From: Octopus bimaculoides
Taxonomy: Eukaryota
Length of the DNA stretch: 37,511 nt
Assembly (NCBI RefSeq): GCF_001194135.2
Contig: NC_069002.1
Span: forward strand, 31,002,642 to 31,040,152
Direction: 5' to 3'
This document shows positions 24,140-34,256 of this stretch, piece by piece. Each line of letters starts with the position of its first letter. Positions within the stretch are counted from its first letter, which is position 1. The translations under genes were made by a program, and so were the position numbers. The notes below the pieces were generated by a model. It searched no databases and was not told where the DNA came from. It saw nothing but the letters and a program-made list of their open reading frames with translations.

Positions 24140-24179
24140 TTATAAAACTTCTTTTTTGAGTTTCTTCTTGTGATTGGCA
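24140..24179 (-). CDS. Terminal coding exon of an unidentified minus-strand gene
   Basis: Acceptor ccttatgtctttcAG, phase 2: (F)ANHKKKLKKEVL-TAA. Two AATAAA follow at 24129-24134 and 24115-24120. Confidence 0.7.
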
Positions 24180-24328
24180 CTGAAAGACATAAGGATATGT
24201 AAATGTGAGTGACAGGTGAGGCTGTGAGTATGAATGAAGGTGTTTGTGAGAGAAATTAAGTTTGTAAACATACAAGTGTTGTACAGTTGCTAGGTGCTGA
24301 GACTAAAATTATGTTACAATAAAAAAGA

Positions 24329-24560
24329 TCATCATCATCATCATCATCATCATCATTTAATGTCTGTTTTCCATGCTGGTATGGGTTGAACGGTTTAACA
24401 GGAACTGGTCAGCCAAGGAGCTGTCCAGACTTCAATTGTCTGTAGTGGGATGGTTTCTATGGCTGGACGCCCTTCCTAATAATGCCAACCACTTTACGCA
24501 GTTTGCTGGGTGTTTTTGCATTCCACTAGCATGGGTGTGTTTATGCAGCATTGGCACAAG
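24329..24560 (-). mobile_element. RTE-LINE-type 3' tail fragment or RTE-tailed SINE
   Basis: (CAT)n tail plus 'ccatgctggtatgggttg..gcccttcctaat..gccaaccac', shared with 35827-36000. Confidence 0.7.
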
Positions 24561-24660
24561 TGCCTTTTATATGCCACCAACACCTGTAAAGGTCAAGAAG
24601 AAGAAGAAAAGCAACAACAACAACAACAGTAAAAACAACAGCAGCAGCAGCAGCAGCAGT

Positions 24661-24780
24661 ACCAGAGAGGGCTGCACCAGAGAGGACTGCACCAGAGAGG
24701 GCTGTACCAGAGAGGGCTGTACCAGAGAGGGCTGCACCAGAGAGGGCTGTACCAGAGAGAGCTGCACCAGAGAGGGATGC
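24661..24780. repeat. 15-bp tandem repeat x8 (accagagagggctgY) between CAG/CAA microsatellites
   Basis: Eight exact-length units. Confidence 0.93.
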
Positions 24781-24836
24781 AACAGCAACTACACCAACAA
24801 CAACAATAATAATAATATCTAAATATGGCTACTTAC

Positions 24837-24997
24837 AAATCTGACATCACTGGCCAATGTACATAGTAGGAGAAAATGAAAGGTTCTGTTAATTCATGAA
24901 TGATGCGGAGCTCATTAAGAAGTCTCATTTGGTCTGCAACCCAATTAAATTTTCGTCTGATTTCTTCAGAAGGTATTGCAGGAATCTTCTTCTTCTC
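24837..24997 (-). CDS. Internal exon of the unidentified minus-strand gene
   Basis: Acceptor catcgctctttcAG, donor GTAAGT, phase 0 to 2: EKKKIPAIPSEEIRRKFNWVADQMRLLNELRIIHELTEPFIFSYYVHWPVMSD. Confidence 0.82.
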
Positions 24998-25590
24998 CTG
25001 AAAGAGCGATGAATGCATCAATTAGCAGAGAGTCATGTCTGGGACTACTAACCTGGGATGACCCCAGCTCCATCAAGCAAGAGCATGAAGCAAGCAAGCA
25101 GTAGGGGTTGACATGGGACCACCAGCGATGGGGAACATTGGTGGACCAGGTCAGCTCTACACATGATGATATATCTGGGACTACACACCCGGGATGACCC
25201 CAGCTCCATCAAGCAAAGCATAAAAGGGGAATTTTTCAAACCGAAATTTTACAGCCAAGAAAGGTGGTTTGATTTGTACATCAAGACAACTTAAGAGGAC
25301 CCAAAATTCCATATGAAATGCAGCAGGATTTGGAAAGATAGTGACACTGTTTGAATGTTTACACAGCCTGATATGATATTAAGTTTTAAACACATCTTCA
25401 GACTCTGTCCCCATCATCCTGTTAAAGTACCCAGTCCTGAATACATCCCATCTCTCCCCAGACCCCTCCCCAACACCACTGATCTCATGTTACTCTACAT
25501 TACCCTTCGATTCCTTACAAAGGCACCAACGCCTGTCTCCAGTCTTGCCCTTCCCCGAGACCTTTCTCTTACTCCTGGTGAAATACTTAC

Positions 25591-25729
25591 AATTTTAGCT
25601 CTTGGTTTTCCAACCATTCTCTTGGTAAATTTTCTGGATTTCACTTTCTTTGGCAAAACTTTTGCTTTCTCCACAACCTTTGTCTTTGCTTGCTTGTCCA
25701 AAGGTTTAGCCACTTGTCCTGGAGTCACT
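25591..25729 (-). CDS. Internal exon of the unidentified minus-strand gene
   Basis: Acceptor cattttctttgcAG, donor GTAAGT, phase 2 to 0: (E)VTPGQVAKPLDKQAKTKVVEKAKVLPKKVKSRKFTKRMVGKPRAKI. Confidence 0.82.
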
Positions 25730-25908
25730 CTGCAAAGAAAATGACTTCTTTCTGACAGATTTATCTGTTGACCTCAGGTTGAGTCGACATGGTTGTCATG
25801 TGATACTTAGAACCACATTGACTCACAATCTTACACAGGTCAACAATGTAGTAACTTAGTGACTAGTGTAGTATGTGGTCAATATAAACATTTAATTTAC
25901 ATATAAAG

Positions 25909-26802
25909 TATGAGGTGCTATTAAAAAGTTACTGGATTAGTTCTGTAGTGCACCAACAGATGGCAGCACATGGTTGTCTACAGTGAGAGCTAGCAGTAAC
26001 CTTCATGAGGCAGCATGTTGAGTGACATTGCTGTGTTTATTTCACAAGTTGAGAAATTTGTGTTTTTGTGATTATGTGTATGCCATAGTCTGCAATTTTG
26101 TCATGGACAGGAACAAAGAGCCAACACGAAGTTTTGTGTTAAACTTGGGAAGTCTGCTACAGAGACATTGAGCATACTTTGGCAAGCAGTGAGGCAATGG
26201 GTTGTACACAAAGTTTTGAGTGGCACAAGGGCTTCAAAAGGGGAACAACATCACTGGAAGATAATGAGTGATCTGGAAGACCTGCCACAAGTGTCACCCA
26301 TGGAAATGTGGCCTTGTGCATCGAGAATTTGTTCTCCAGGGCCAGACCATCAATTGAGAGTTCTGCTATTATGTTTTGAAGTGTCTGAGAAAGGACATTT
26401 GGCAAAAGCGATCATATCTGTGGAGCACGAAGAACTGGATTCTTCACGAAGCTCTCCTCATTTGTGAGTTTCTTGCCAAAAGCAATATGGTATTGTTTCT
26501 GTACATGCTTTATTTGCCATATTTAGCACATGGGGACTTCCATCTCTTCTCCAAGATGAAAAAGCAGCTCAAAGGTTGCCATTTAACACTGTTGTTGAGA
26601 TTCAGAGTGAATTGCAGAAGGTCCTCAACTTGCTTATGGAAAGCGACTTACAGGCTGGACTCCAAAAATGGCAGGAACACTGGGACGGGTGTATTGCTGT
26701 GCAAGGTGATTATTTCAAAGCGGATGATGTTAAAACTCAGGTAAATAAGTTATTTTTTTATTAAACATAACTCGTCTTGGAACTTTCTGATGTAACCATC
26801 TA
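25909..26802 (+). mobile_element. Internally deleted, decayed mariner (Tc1/mariner) DNA transposon
   Basis: TA-flanked TIR-like ends (TAtgaggtgctattaaaaagtt ... ggaactttctgatgtaaccatcTA). Transposase remnants: KFCVKLGKSATETL..EWH..SGRPATSV, and later KNWILH..LICEFLAK..Y(S)P(D)LA..DFHLFSKMKKQLKG..FQKWQEHW..CIAVQGDYF. The central catalytic part is missing. Confidence 0.88.
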
Positions 26803-26950
26803 GAGCCAACATATGAATGTACAGTTATCATAGAGTCAACATATACATACATCATCAACAAATAAATAAACAGACAGCATATAATATACATATGTCTTCA
26901 ATGCAGAGTCAACAAAACATATATATACAATCGATATTTAATCAATAGAT

Positions 26951-27125
26951 AAGGCAGTGAGCTGGCAGAGTCGTTAGCATGCTGGGCGAAATGCTTTGTG
27001 GAATTTTGTCTGTTTTTACGTTCTGGGTTCAAATGCTGTCGGGGTGGGCTTTGCTTTTCATCCTTTCAGGGTCGATAAAATAAGTACCAGTTGAGCAGTG
27101 GGGTTTGCTGGCCTTGTGCAAAACT
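26951..27125 (+). mobile_element. SINE family A, truncated
   Basis: aaggcagtgagctggcagagtcgttagc..gggttcaaat..tttcatcctttcagggtcgataaaataagtaccag. Confidence 0.85.
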
Positions 27126-27300
27126 AAAGCATTTACAATCAATACAGTTAACATACAGTCAACATACAGTCAACATACAGTTAACATACCAGTTAACATA
27201 CAATAACCATATACACATGCAGCCAACAAATACAACCATTATATATGTACACATATAAGCAACACACACACACACAACCAAAAAATACATATATAATCAA

Positions 27301-27600
27301 TATATAATTGTTAAACAGGACAGCAAACATTAAGGCAAGGCAAACATCTCAAATCGTATACATTATTATTATTGGAAAAAATTCGAAGTCTTACAGCTGT
27401 TTCTGGGATATCCTTGAGTATGGGATAATCTGCCATCAGAGACAAATAGGGAAATAAATAGGGATGATGGAATATTCCTATACTGGGGGATATCCCAGAA
27501 ACAGCTGTAAGACTTTGAATTTTTTCCAATAATAATAATGTATATGACTTGAGATGTTTTCCTTGCCTTAACGTTTGTTGTCCTCTTTAACAATTATATA
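27301..27600. repeat. 300-bp inverted repeat (~135-bp arms), probably two inverted Penelope-type terminal repeats with hammerhead-like motifs
   Basis: 27301-~27437 is the reverse complement of ~27466-27600 with scattered mismatches. Each arm carries GAAAC-AGCT-GTA-AGAC. Confidence 0.85.
27388..27443 (-). ncRNA. Degenerate type I hammerhead-ribozyme-like motif
   Basis: Minus strand: GTCT (stem I), CTGATGG (core, canonical CTGATGA), stem II TATCC/GGATA, GAAAC-AGCT-GTA, AGAC (stem I partner). Confidence 0.55.
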
Positions 27601-28229
27601 TCCACTGCATCGGAAATCGACAATGGCTCCATAACTACCATAATTGGTTATAACCTTGGAGCCTTAGCAATCTGTTACAGCACTTATCTAGCGTACCTAA
27701 TCATTTAAATCACCTGAGAACTAAACCCCCATACTTTGTATACAATCAATCAATATATATATATATATATANNNNNNNNNNNNNNNNNNNNNNNNNNNNN
27801 NNNNNNNNNNNNNNNNNNNNNNNNNNNNNNNNNNNNNNNNNNNNNNNNNNNNNNNNNNNNNNNNNNNNNNNNNNNNNNNNNNNNNNNNNNNNNNNNNNNN
27901 NNNNNNNNNNNNNNNNNNNNNNNNNNNNNNNNNNNNNNNNNNNNNNNNNNNNNNNNNNNNNNNNNNNNNNNNNNNNNNNNNNNNNNNNNNNNNNNNNNNN
28001 NNNNNNNNNNNNNNNNNNNNNNNNNNNNNNNNNNNNNNNNNNNNNNNNNNNNNNNNNNNNNNNNGGGGGGGGGTGATCAATGTAATTGACTTACACCCTC
28101 TCTCAAAATTGCTGGCCTTGTGACAAAATTTGAAGTGAATATCTATATACACATACAGTCAACATATACAAACGCAATCAACATACACATGTTGCCAATA
28201 TGTACATATATTTTTTTATGTTTTTGTTT

Positions 28230-28775
28230 TTACTTGTTTCAGTAATTAGACTGTGGCCATGCTGGAGCACTACATTGAAGAATTTTAGTAGACCAACTTG
28301 ACCCCAGGGCTTACTTTTTCAAGCTTGGTACTTATTCTTATTTCTTTACTGCCCACAAGGGGCTAAACATAGAGGGGACAAACAAGGGATTAAGTCAATT
28401 ACATCGACCCCAGTGCGTAACTGGTACTTAATTTATCGACCCCAAAAGGATGAAAGGCAAAGTCGACCTCGGTGAAATTTGAACTCAGAACGTAGCGGCA
28501 GACAAAATACTGCTAAGCATTTCGCCCAGCGTGCTAACGATTCTGCCAGCTCACCACCTGGTACTTATTCTATCAGTCTCTTTTATTGAACCATTAAGTT
28601 ATAGGGACATAAACACATCAACACTGGTTGTCAAACAATGGTGGGAGATAAACACAGAGAAAGGCTTTGGTCAGCTCGAGGCTAGAGTAGAAAACACTTG
28701 CCCAAGGTGCCACACAGTGGGATTGAATCCAGAACCATGTGGTTGGTAAGCAAACATCTTACCACACAGCCACAC
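28230..28775 (-). mobile_element. SINE family B interrupted by a family A SINE (28339-28558)
   Basis: The inner SINE is flanked by a 13-bp TSD TGGTACTTATTCT (28326-28338, 28559-28571), and the outer element resumes in register. Confidence 0.85.
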
Positions 28776-28939
28776 CTGTGACTATATATGATCAACATAT
28801 ACATACTCGATCAACATATATACAGCAACCATATATAGTCAGCACATGTAGCCAAAACGTCCAGTCACCATATACAGTTTCTGAGCATTATCAAAATAAG
28901 ACGGGTTTAGTAAGCATCTTTAAGAGAAAATTTTCTTAC

Positions 28940-29007
28940 TCTGGTTCCACCTTGGGAGGAACTTCATAAGCTTCTTCAACTGTTTCTTTCAAAGCTTCAT
29001 ATTCTTC
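28940..29007 (-). CDS. Internal exon of the unidentified minus-strand gene
   Basis: Acceptor ttttgtttatttgtAG, donor GTAAGA, phase 0 to 2: EEYEALKETVEEAYEVPPKVEP(E). Confidence 0.8.
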
Positions 29008-29127
29008 CTACAAATAAACAAAATTGGTAAATATATCAATTCCACTTGAGAAAACTGCCTCTATATACCCCCTGTACAACTATATACATCTGTCTGTTTA
29101 TCTACATCTTGTCATGTCTGTTTGGTG

Positions 29128-29260
29128 TTTGGCCTAGTGGTTAAAAGTGTTGAGCTCAGCTCATAAGGTTGTGGGTTTGATTCCTGGATCTGGCAGTGCA
29201 TTTTGTCCTTGAACAAGGCTTATCTTTACTCCAATCAACTCAGTCAGAAATATGCTTGCT
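29128..29260 (+). mobile_element. Degenerate SINE head
   Basis: tggcctagtggtt (A box)..gggtttgattcc (B box)..gtccttgaacaagg. Confidence 0.6.
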
Positions 29261-30392
29261 CAAAGGGATTGATAATCCAAACGATTATGTATAGTGCAAA
29301 AATTATGCAAAGGAACCTTTGATTTAAATAAAACCACACCACCCAAGTCTACTCTAACCTTCAGACCAATCCTCCTTTTCTAGAATGCCATCCCTCTAGA
29401 ATTCTTCCCATTCTCAAGTCTTTCATACAGTCACTTGTTCAGCAACACCATCTGCATTAAACTCATTGGTTCCAGACACTTTTTAAAAGCTGGGCACAAC
29501 TCTTTTCAGTGATTTCACTGACCTTAAAAGCTTATAAAAGGCCACAGACACAGCTCCTCCGCCCAGTGCCTGCACTGATCTCAAAGAACCTGTGAGGGCC
29601 AAAGAGCACCAACCAGTGCATTCACGTGTTTCAGAGAGCCTATGCAGGGTGGTGGGCACAACCCTCATTTTACAAATTAAACCATTGTAATACTAGAGAA
29701 TTAAAATATTATTAACTGCAAGTTTGTATATTTGGAAAATGAATGTTTAAGTTTGTATGTCAAGTGCAAATGGATTAGTGATGTCTCACAGTAAGCTGTT
29801 GATCAGGGTAAAAAATATTTTTTTGAATTTTTGTGTATATTTTTCAGAAAAAAAAAAAATACAATAAAGTGATTTTCACAATGTTAACCTTAAAGCCGAT
29901 ATATTTTTGTGGTACCAGTAAAATCCAAAAATTACTTTCAAATTTGTTCTATTTTTTTCAATTACAGTTGTGTGAATCATTTCAATGTATTTTATACAGC
30001 AATTAAAATAAATTTGACTAAAACATATAATGATGTATGTTTCTCATACATCATTATACTAAAAAAGAGCTAGCACATATTATATGTGAGAGATATTTTT
30101 TCCAGAGATTTCACCTGCCATAATTGTAAGAATGCATTTTATAGGAATGCATATTATGGATGAATTACTACAATATTCGAATTTTTAATCTAATTTTGAT
30201 GAAGAGCTTTATACACAATGTAATCAGTCTAATTTCCTCATGGCATATGATTTTTTTGTCTTAACTTTTCTTGGATTAATTGCCATTCACAATTCTTTAT
30301 TTTGATTTTCCTTCTCTATCAGTGGCACTGCAGATAATTACCTGCTGCAGTTATGAAGTTCAGAATCTTCTCCCATTTCCCCCCCATTGTTT

Positions 30393-30585
30393 TTAACCCT
30401 TTTACATTTTAACTGGTCATATCTAGCCCAAATATTTCATCTGTTTTATATTACAATGTCAGTGTAAAAATAAACAACCACATCATCAAAATCTCAAAGC
30501 TATAAGATAAAGCATGATAGAGTCAAAACATTGTGAATAAATAAACATTGAATTTGACAGAGAAGTCTGAATGCTAAAGGGTTAA
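30393..30585 (+). mobile_element. piggyBac-type MITE family 1
   Basis: TTAA-CCCTTTTACATT ... AATGCTAAAGGG-TTAA termini. Confidence 0.8.
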
Positions 30586-30609
30586 ACCAAAAGATATTTT
30601 CAAACTTAC

Positions 30610-30714
30610 TGCATTAATTTTCCCGTCTTCATGTTGACTGGTTATAAATTCAGTGACATCTTCTGGTTTTGGTGCTTGTGGCTGAAGACTTTGCAGTGTA
30701 TCAAAAATTCGATT
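30610..30714 (-). CDS. Internal exon of the unidentified minus-strand gene (most 5' exon confidently found)
   Basis: Acceptor aaatttcAG after an AT-rich tract, donor GTAAGT, phase 0 to 0, 105 bp: NRIFDTLQSLQPQAPKPEDVTEFITSQHEDGKINA. Confidence 0.78.
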
Positions 30715-31704
30715 CTGAAATTTTCAAGTATTTAAATAATAAGTTATAGTAAATTAATTTATACAGCAATTAAAATAAATTTGACTAAGTTCTCTGGTTT
30801 CATACACCATTATACTAATAAAGAGTTAGTGCATATTATACATAAGAGGTATTTAATGCTGTAACCCTTTTGTTATCAATCCAACAGAGAAAATCCTTGG
30901 ATTTTGTTATGAAAGAATCCTGAACACCCCCATGTGAATGAAGGTGGATTAACCGATTACAATAAATGCGAACTGTCAAAGGGAGTAATTGACAGGTGTT
31001 AGTTTGACCGTGTTGCTTTACCATGTTAGTTCAACGTGTGTTGGTTTAACAGTCGGTAGTTGAAACAGTGAATAACAAGTATCATATCTACGTTCGAGTG
31101 GTATGAAGTATGTTCTGTGATAGGTTACTTTTAGACAACCACAACCAACCATTTATTTGTGTAATACCATTTTACACCAGATGTGTATACACATGTCATA
31201 ACAATTTTATGTTATAACGCTTGTTAAAAAATACTCTAAATTAAATCTTTCCATGAAAATTTCATGTTGATTTATATTCCAAACACTAGCATAACCTTTT
31301 ATGTCAAACCAACTGGAACTGCACCAATTTCCTTGATACACACTTTTTGCTTTAGCCCTTTAGTTGTGTGAATCATTTCAATGTATTTTATACAGCAATT
31401 AAAATAAATTTGACTAAAACATATAATGATGTATGTTTCTCATACATCATTATACTAAAAAAAATCTAGCACATATTATNNNNNNNNNNNNNNNNNNNNN
31501 NNNNNNNNNNNNNNNNNNNNNNNNNNNNNNNNNNNNNNNNNNNNNNNNNNNNNNNNNNNNNNNNNNNNNNNNNNNNNNNNNNNNNNNNNNNNNNNNNNNN
31601 NNNNNNNNNNNNNNNNNNNNNNNNNNNNNNNNNNNNNNNNNNNNNNNNNNNNNNNNNNNNNNNNNNNNNNNNNNNNNNNNNNNNNNNATATATATATATA
31701 TATA

Positions 31705-31864
31705 CACGACGGACTTCTATCAGTTTCCATCTGCCAAATCTACTCACAAGGCTTTGGTCAGCCTGAGGCTATTGTAGAAGACACTTGCCCAAGGTGCCAT
31801 GCAGTGGGACTGAACCTGGAATCATGTGGCTGGAAAGCAAGCTTCCTACCACACAGTCATGCCT
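31705..31864 (-). mobile_element. SINE family B 5' half
   Basis: Same family as 3541-3695. Confidence 0.85.
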
Positions 31865-31879
31865 GTGCTTATTATATAT

Positions 31880-32055
31880 TCACAGTTCTGGATCAACCAT
31901 ACATTATCTCGTAGTCCTGAGATTTCAATGGTGTGATTGTTTATATTTAGAATGACATTGTATGAGATGTGTGAGAGGCCAGATCTGGGCAGTTTGAACA
32001 TAAAACATGCAGAATATTTGGACCAGATATGGTCAGTTTAAATGCTAAAAGGTCA
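31880..32055 (-). mobile_element. MITE family 1, reverse orientation
   Basis: tttagaatgacattgta..gccagatctgggcagtttgaacataaaac..tttaaatgctaaaagg. Confidence 0.7.
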
Positions 32056-32276
32056 AAGCAATCTAAATTAAAACCTTCCATCAAAATTTTATCTTATTTT
32101 CTTCCAAACATCAGTTTATTAATGGCAAAGTTATTTAACTAAGTTCTTTGTCATTTTCAAAATCAATCAAAATGGAGGCAGTTATATTTCAACAGAAATA
32201 TGGTAATAAAAGGGCTAAAGTGATCAAAATGAAAATCTATCAGAATTTTATGCTAATTTGTTCCAAACACCAGGTT

Positions 32277-33065
32277 AACTAGAAAAGCACTCGGAGAGCG
32301 CAGACCTCCGCCAAGCAGCTCGTTTCCACCCTTATACACGCATGCTGAAAATCGCCCAATTTCCCAAACCAATACTGGCAAAAACATAACCTCCTTGGCG
32401 GGGGTAAAACGAAAATAACAGCCATATGATTTTAAGAAAAAATAACCCTTTAAAAACAGGAATCATCTGAAGAAGTTGACAACCACCAACATCATCAGCA
32501 GCATTGTTATTGCTTCCACTTCAACCACATACACCGCCATCGACGTTATCATGACGGTTACCTTGACAGTCACTTTCACCACCACAACCAGTATAACCAC
32601 TGCAATACCACCATCACACAGCTAACACTATCATCAACACCACTATTACCACCATCACCTCAGCATCACACATCACACCGCTCCTGTTGCCATTATAATT
32701 ACCGATACTATTTTATCCTCCTCCCATACTTATCTTGACCATCGTCATCATCAACACTGTCTCTAAACAGCAACGCCCCCATAGGTTATGTGCAAACGAT
32801 GTGTTTTCAAGGGAGATAACCAAAGAACGTAACATTGTAATACTTCATGTAAAGTAAATATAACAAATGAAAAATCCTTCAAGAATCCATAAAAATTCCC
32901 GGATCACTACCAAAATTTCATCATCTGTTCCTTGTGTCATTACCAACATTTCCTGCAAGTTTCATTAAATATCGTTCACAACTTGTTGAGTTATTTTGCA
33001 CACAGACGGACAGATGGACAAACCAATGCCAATGAAAACACAACCTCCTTCCTTGGCAGAAGTAA
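32277..33065 (-). mobile_element. Helentron/DINE-1-like non-autonomous element(s) inserted in a family 2 MITE
   Basis: subTIR CCTCCGCCAAG (32305-32315) pairs with CTTGGCGG(G)GG (~32394-32404) and CTTGGCAGAAG (~33052-33062). Terminal hairpin GCACTC-GGA-GAGCGC and CTAGTT end on the minus strand; (GACA/GACG) microsatellite at ~33003-33020. The host MITE breaks at ttaa 32275-32278 and resumes at ~33065. Confidence 0.65.
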
Positions 33066-33616
33066 TAAAAACAAAGTTATTTTACTAAATTCTTGATTGT
33101 TTCCAAGATTAACACAAATTCAGTGTATTTTAACAGAAATATGGTAACAAAACAGAAAAAACAAACACTGAGCTAACGAGCTGATTCAACACTTAATCCT
33201 TTTAATACCACCTTGTCAGAGACAATTCCTGGTTCTATGAAACGAACTTCCCATTTTGAAGTAATCTTAATTAAAACCATTCATCAAAATTCTATATTCA
33301 TTTGTTCCAAACGCTGGTTTGATAACGACAAAGTTATTTTACTANNNNNNNNNNNNNNNNNNNNNNNNNNNNNNNNNNNNNNNNNNNNNNNNNNNNNNNN
33401 NNNNNNGTTTACTGTCAAATAATTAGGGGTAGGAGGAGGAAGAGGGTGTATTTATTGTTGTTGTTATCATTGTTTAACTAAGATCAACCTTCGTCCAACA
33501 GATATATTCTTTGATTCTTGTTTCAGTCATTTGACTGCAGCCATGCTGGAGCACCACCTTAAAGGATTTTATTAGTCAAAGAAATTGACCCCCAGGACTT
33601 ATTCTTTATAAGCCTA

Positions 33617-33890
33617 CACCAGGCTTCAATCTGATTTGGCAGAGTTTCTACAGCTGGATGTCCTTCCTAACGCCAACCACTCCGAGAGTGTAGTGGGTGC
33701 TTATAACATGCCACCAGCACGAAGGCCAATCTGGCGGTACTGGTAATGGCCATGCTCAAATGGTGTTTTTTACATGCCACCTCCACAGGAGTCACTCCAG
33801 TGGCACTGGCAACGACCTCACTCGAATGTTTTGTTCACATGCCACCGGCACAAGTGCCAGTAAGGCGACACTGGTAACGATCACACTCAG
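33617..33890 (-). mobile_element. RTE LINE 3'UTR fragment
   Basis: Matches 35915-36190 (aatctgatttggcaga.tttctacagctgg..gcccttcctaacgccaaccac). Confidence 0.78.
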
Positions 33891-34029
33891 ATAGCAGAGT
33901 AGCCATGTAGCTCCTTTACAACAACAGCCTGCTCAATTCCAACTTCTTCCCTCGTTCCTTAATCCCCTTTTGGTATACAAAGATGTCTTCCCTTCCTGGG
34001 TTTGTGAACTACATTGTGAGCTGAATAGC

Positions 34030-34230
34030 ACTGGTGGTATGAAAAAAAAGCACCCAACACACTCTGTAAAGTGGTTGGCATTAGGAAGGGCATCCAGCCT
34101 TAGAAACAATGCCAAAGCAGACACTAGACTCTAATACTGTCCCTGGCCACATTAGACCCTTGTCAAACCATCCAACTCATGCCCGCATGGAATGTTAAGT
34201 GGTGGTGGTGATGATGATGATGATGATGAC
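34030..34230 (+). mobile_element. RTE-type 3' tail fragment ending in (GAT)n
   Basis: gtggttggcattaggaagggcatccagc..catgcccgcatggaa..(gat)n. Confidence 0.7.
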
Positions 34231-34256
34231 TGATATATTACACACTATGGACAACA

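Noticed and set aside
25495-25728. Lys-rich ORF resembling histone H1 or ribosomal protein L6
   Set aside because: Splice sites show that only 25591-25729 is exonic, and it joins non-H1, non-L6 exons; the similarity is compositional.
29517-29592. Exon-like block (cacAG..AAG|GTCAGT) reading SLRSVQALGGGAVSVAFYKLL on the minus strand
   Set aside because: The only open frame is phase 1 to 2, incompatible with the flanking phase-0 junction; no recognisable homology.
30195-30215. tttgatgaagagc as a third hammerhead core
   Set aside because: The core lacks the initial C, and no stem II or GAAA follows.
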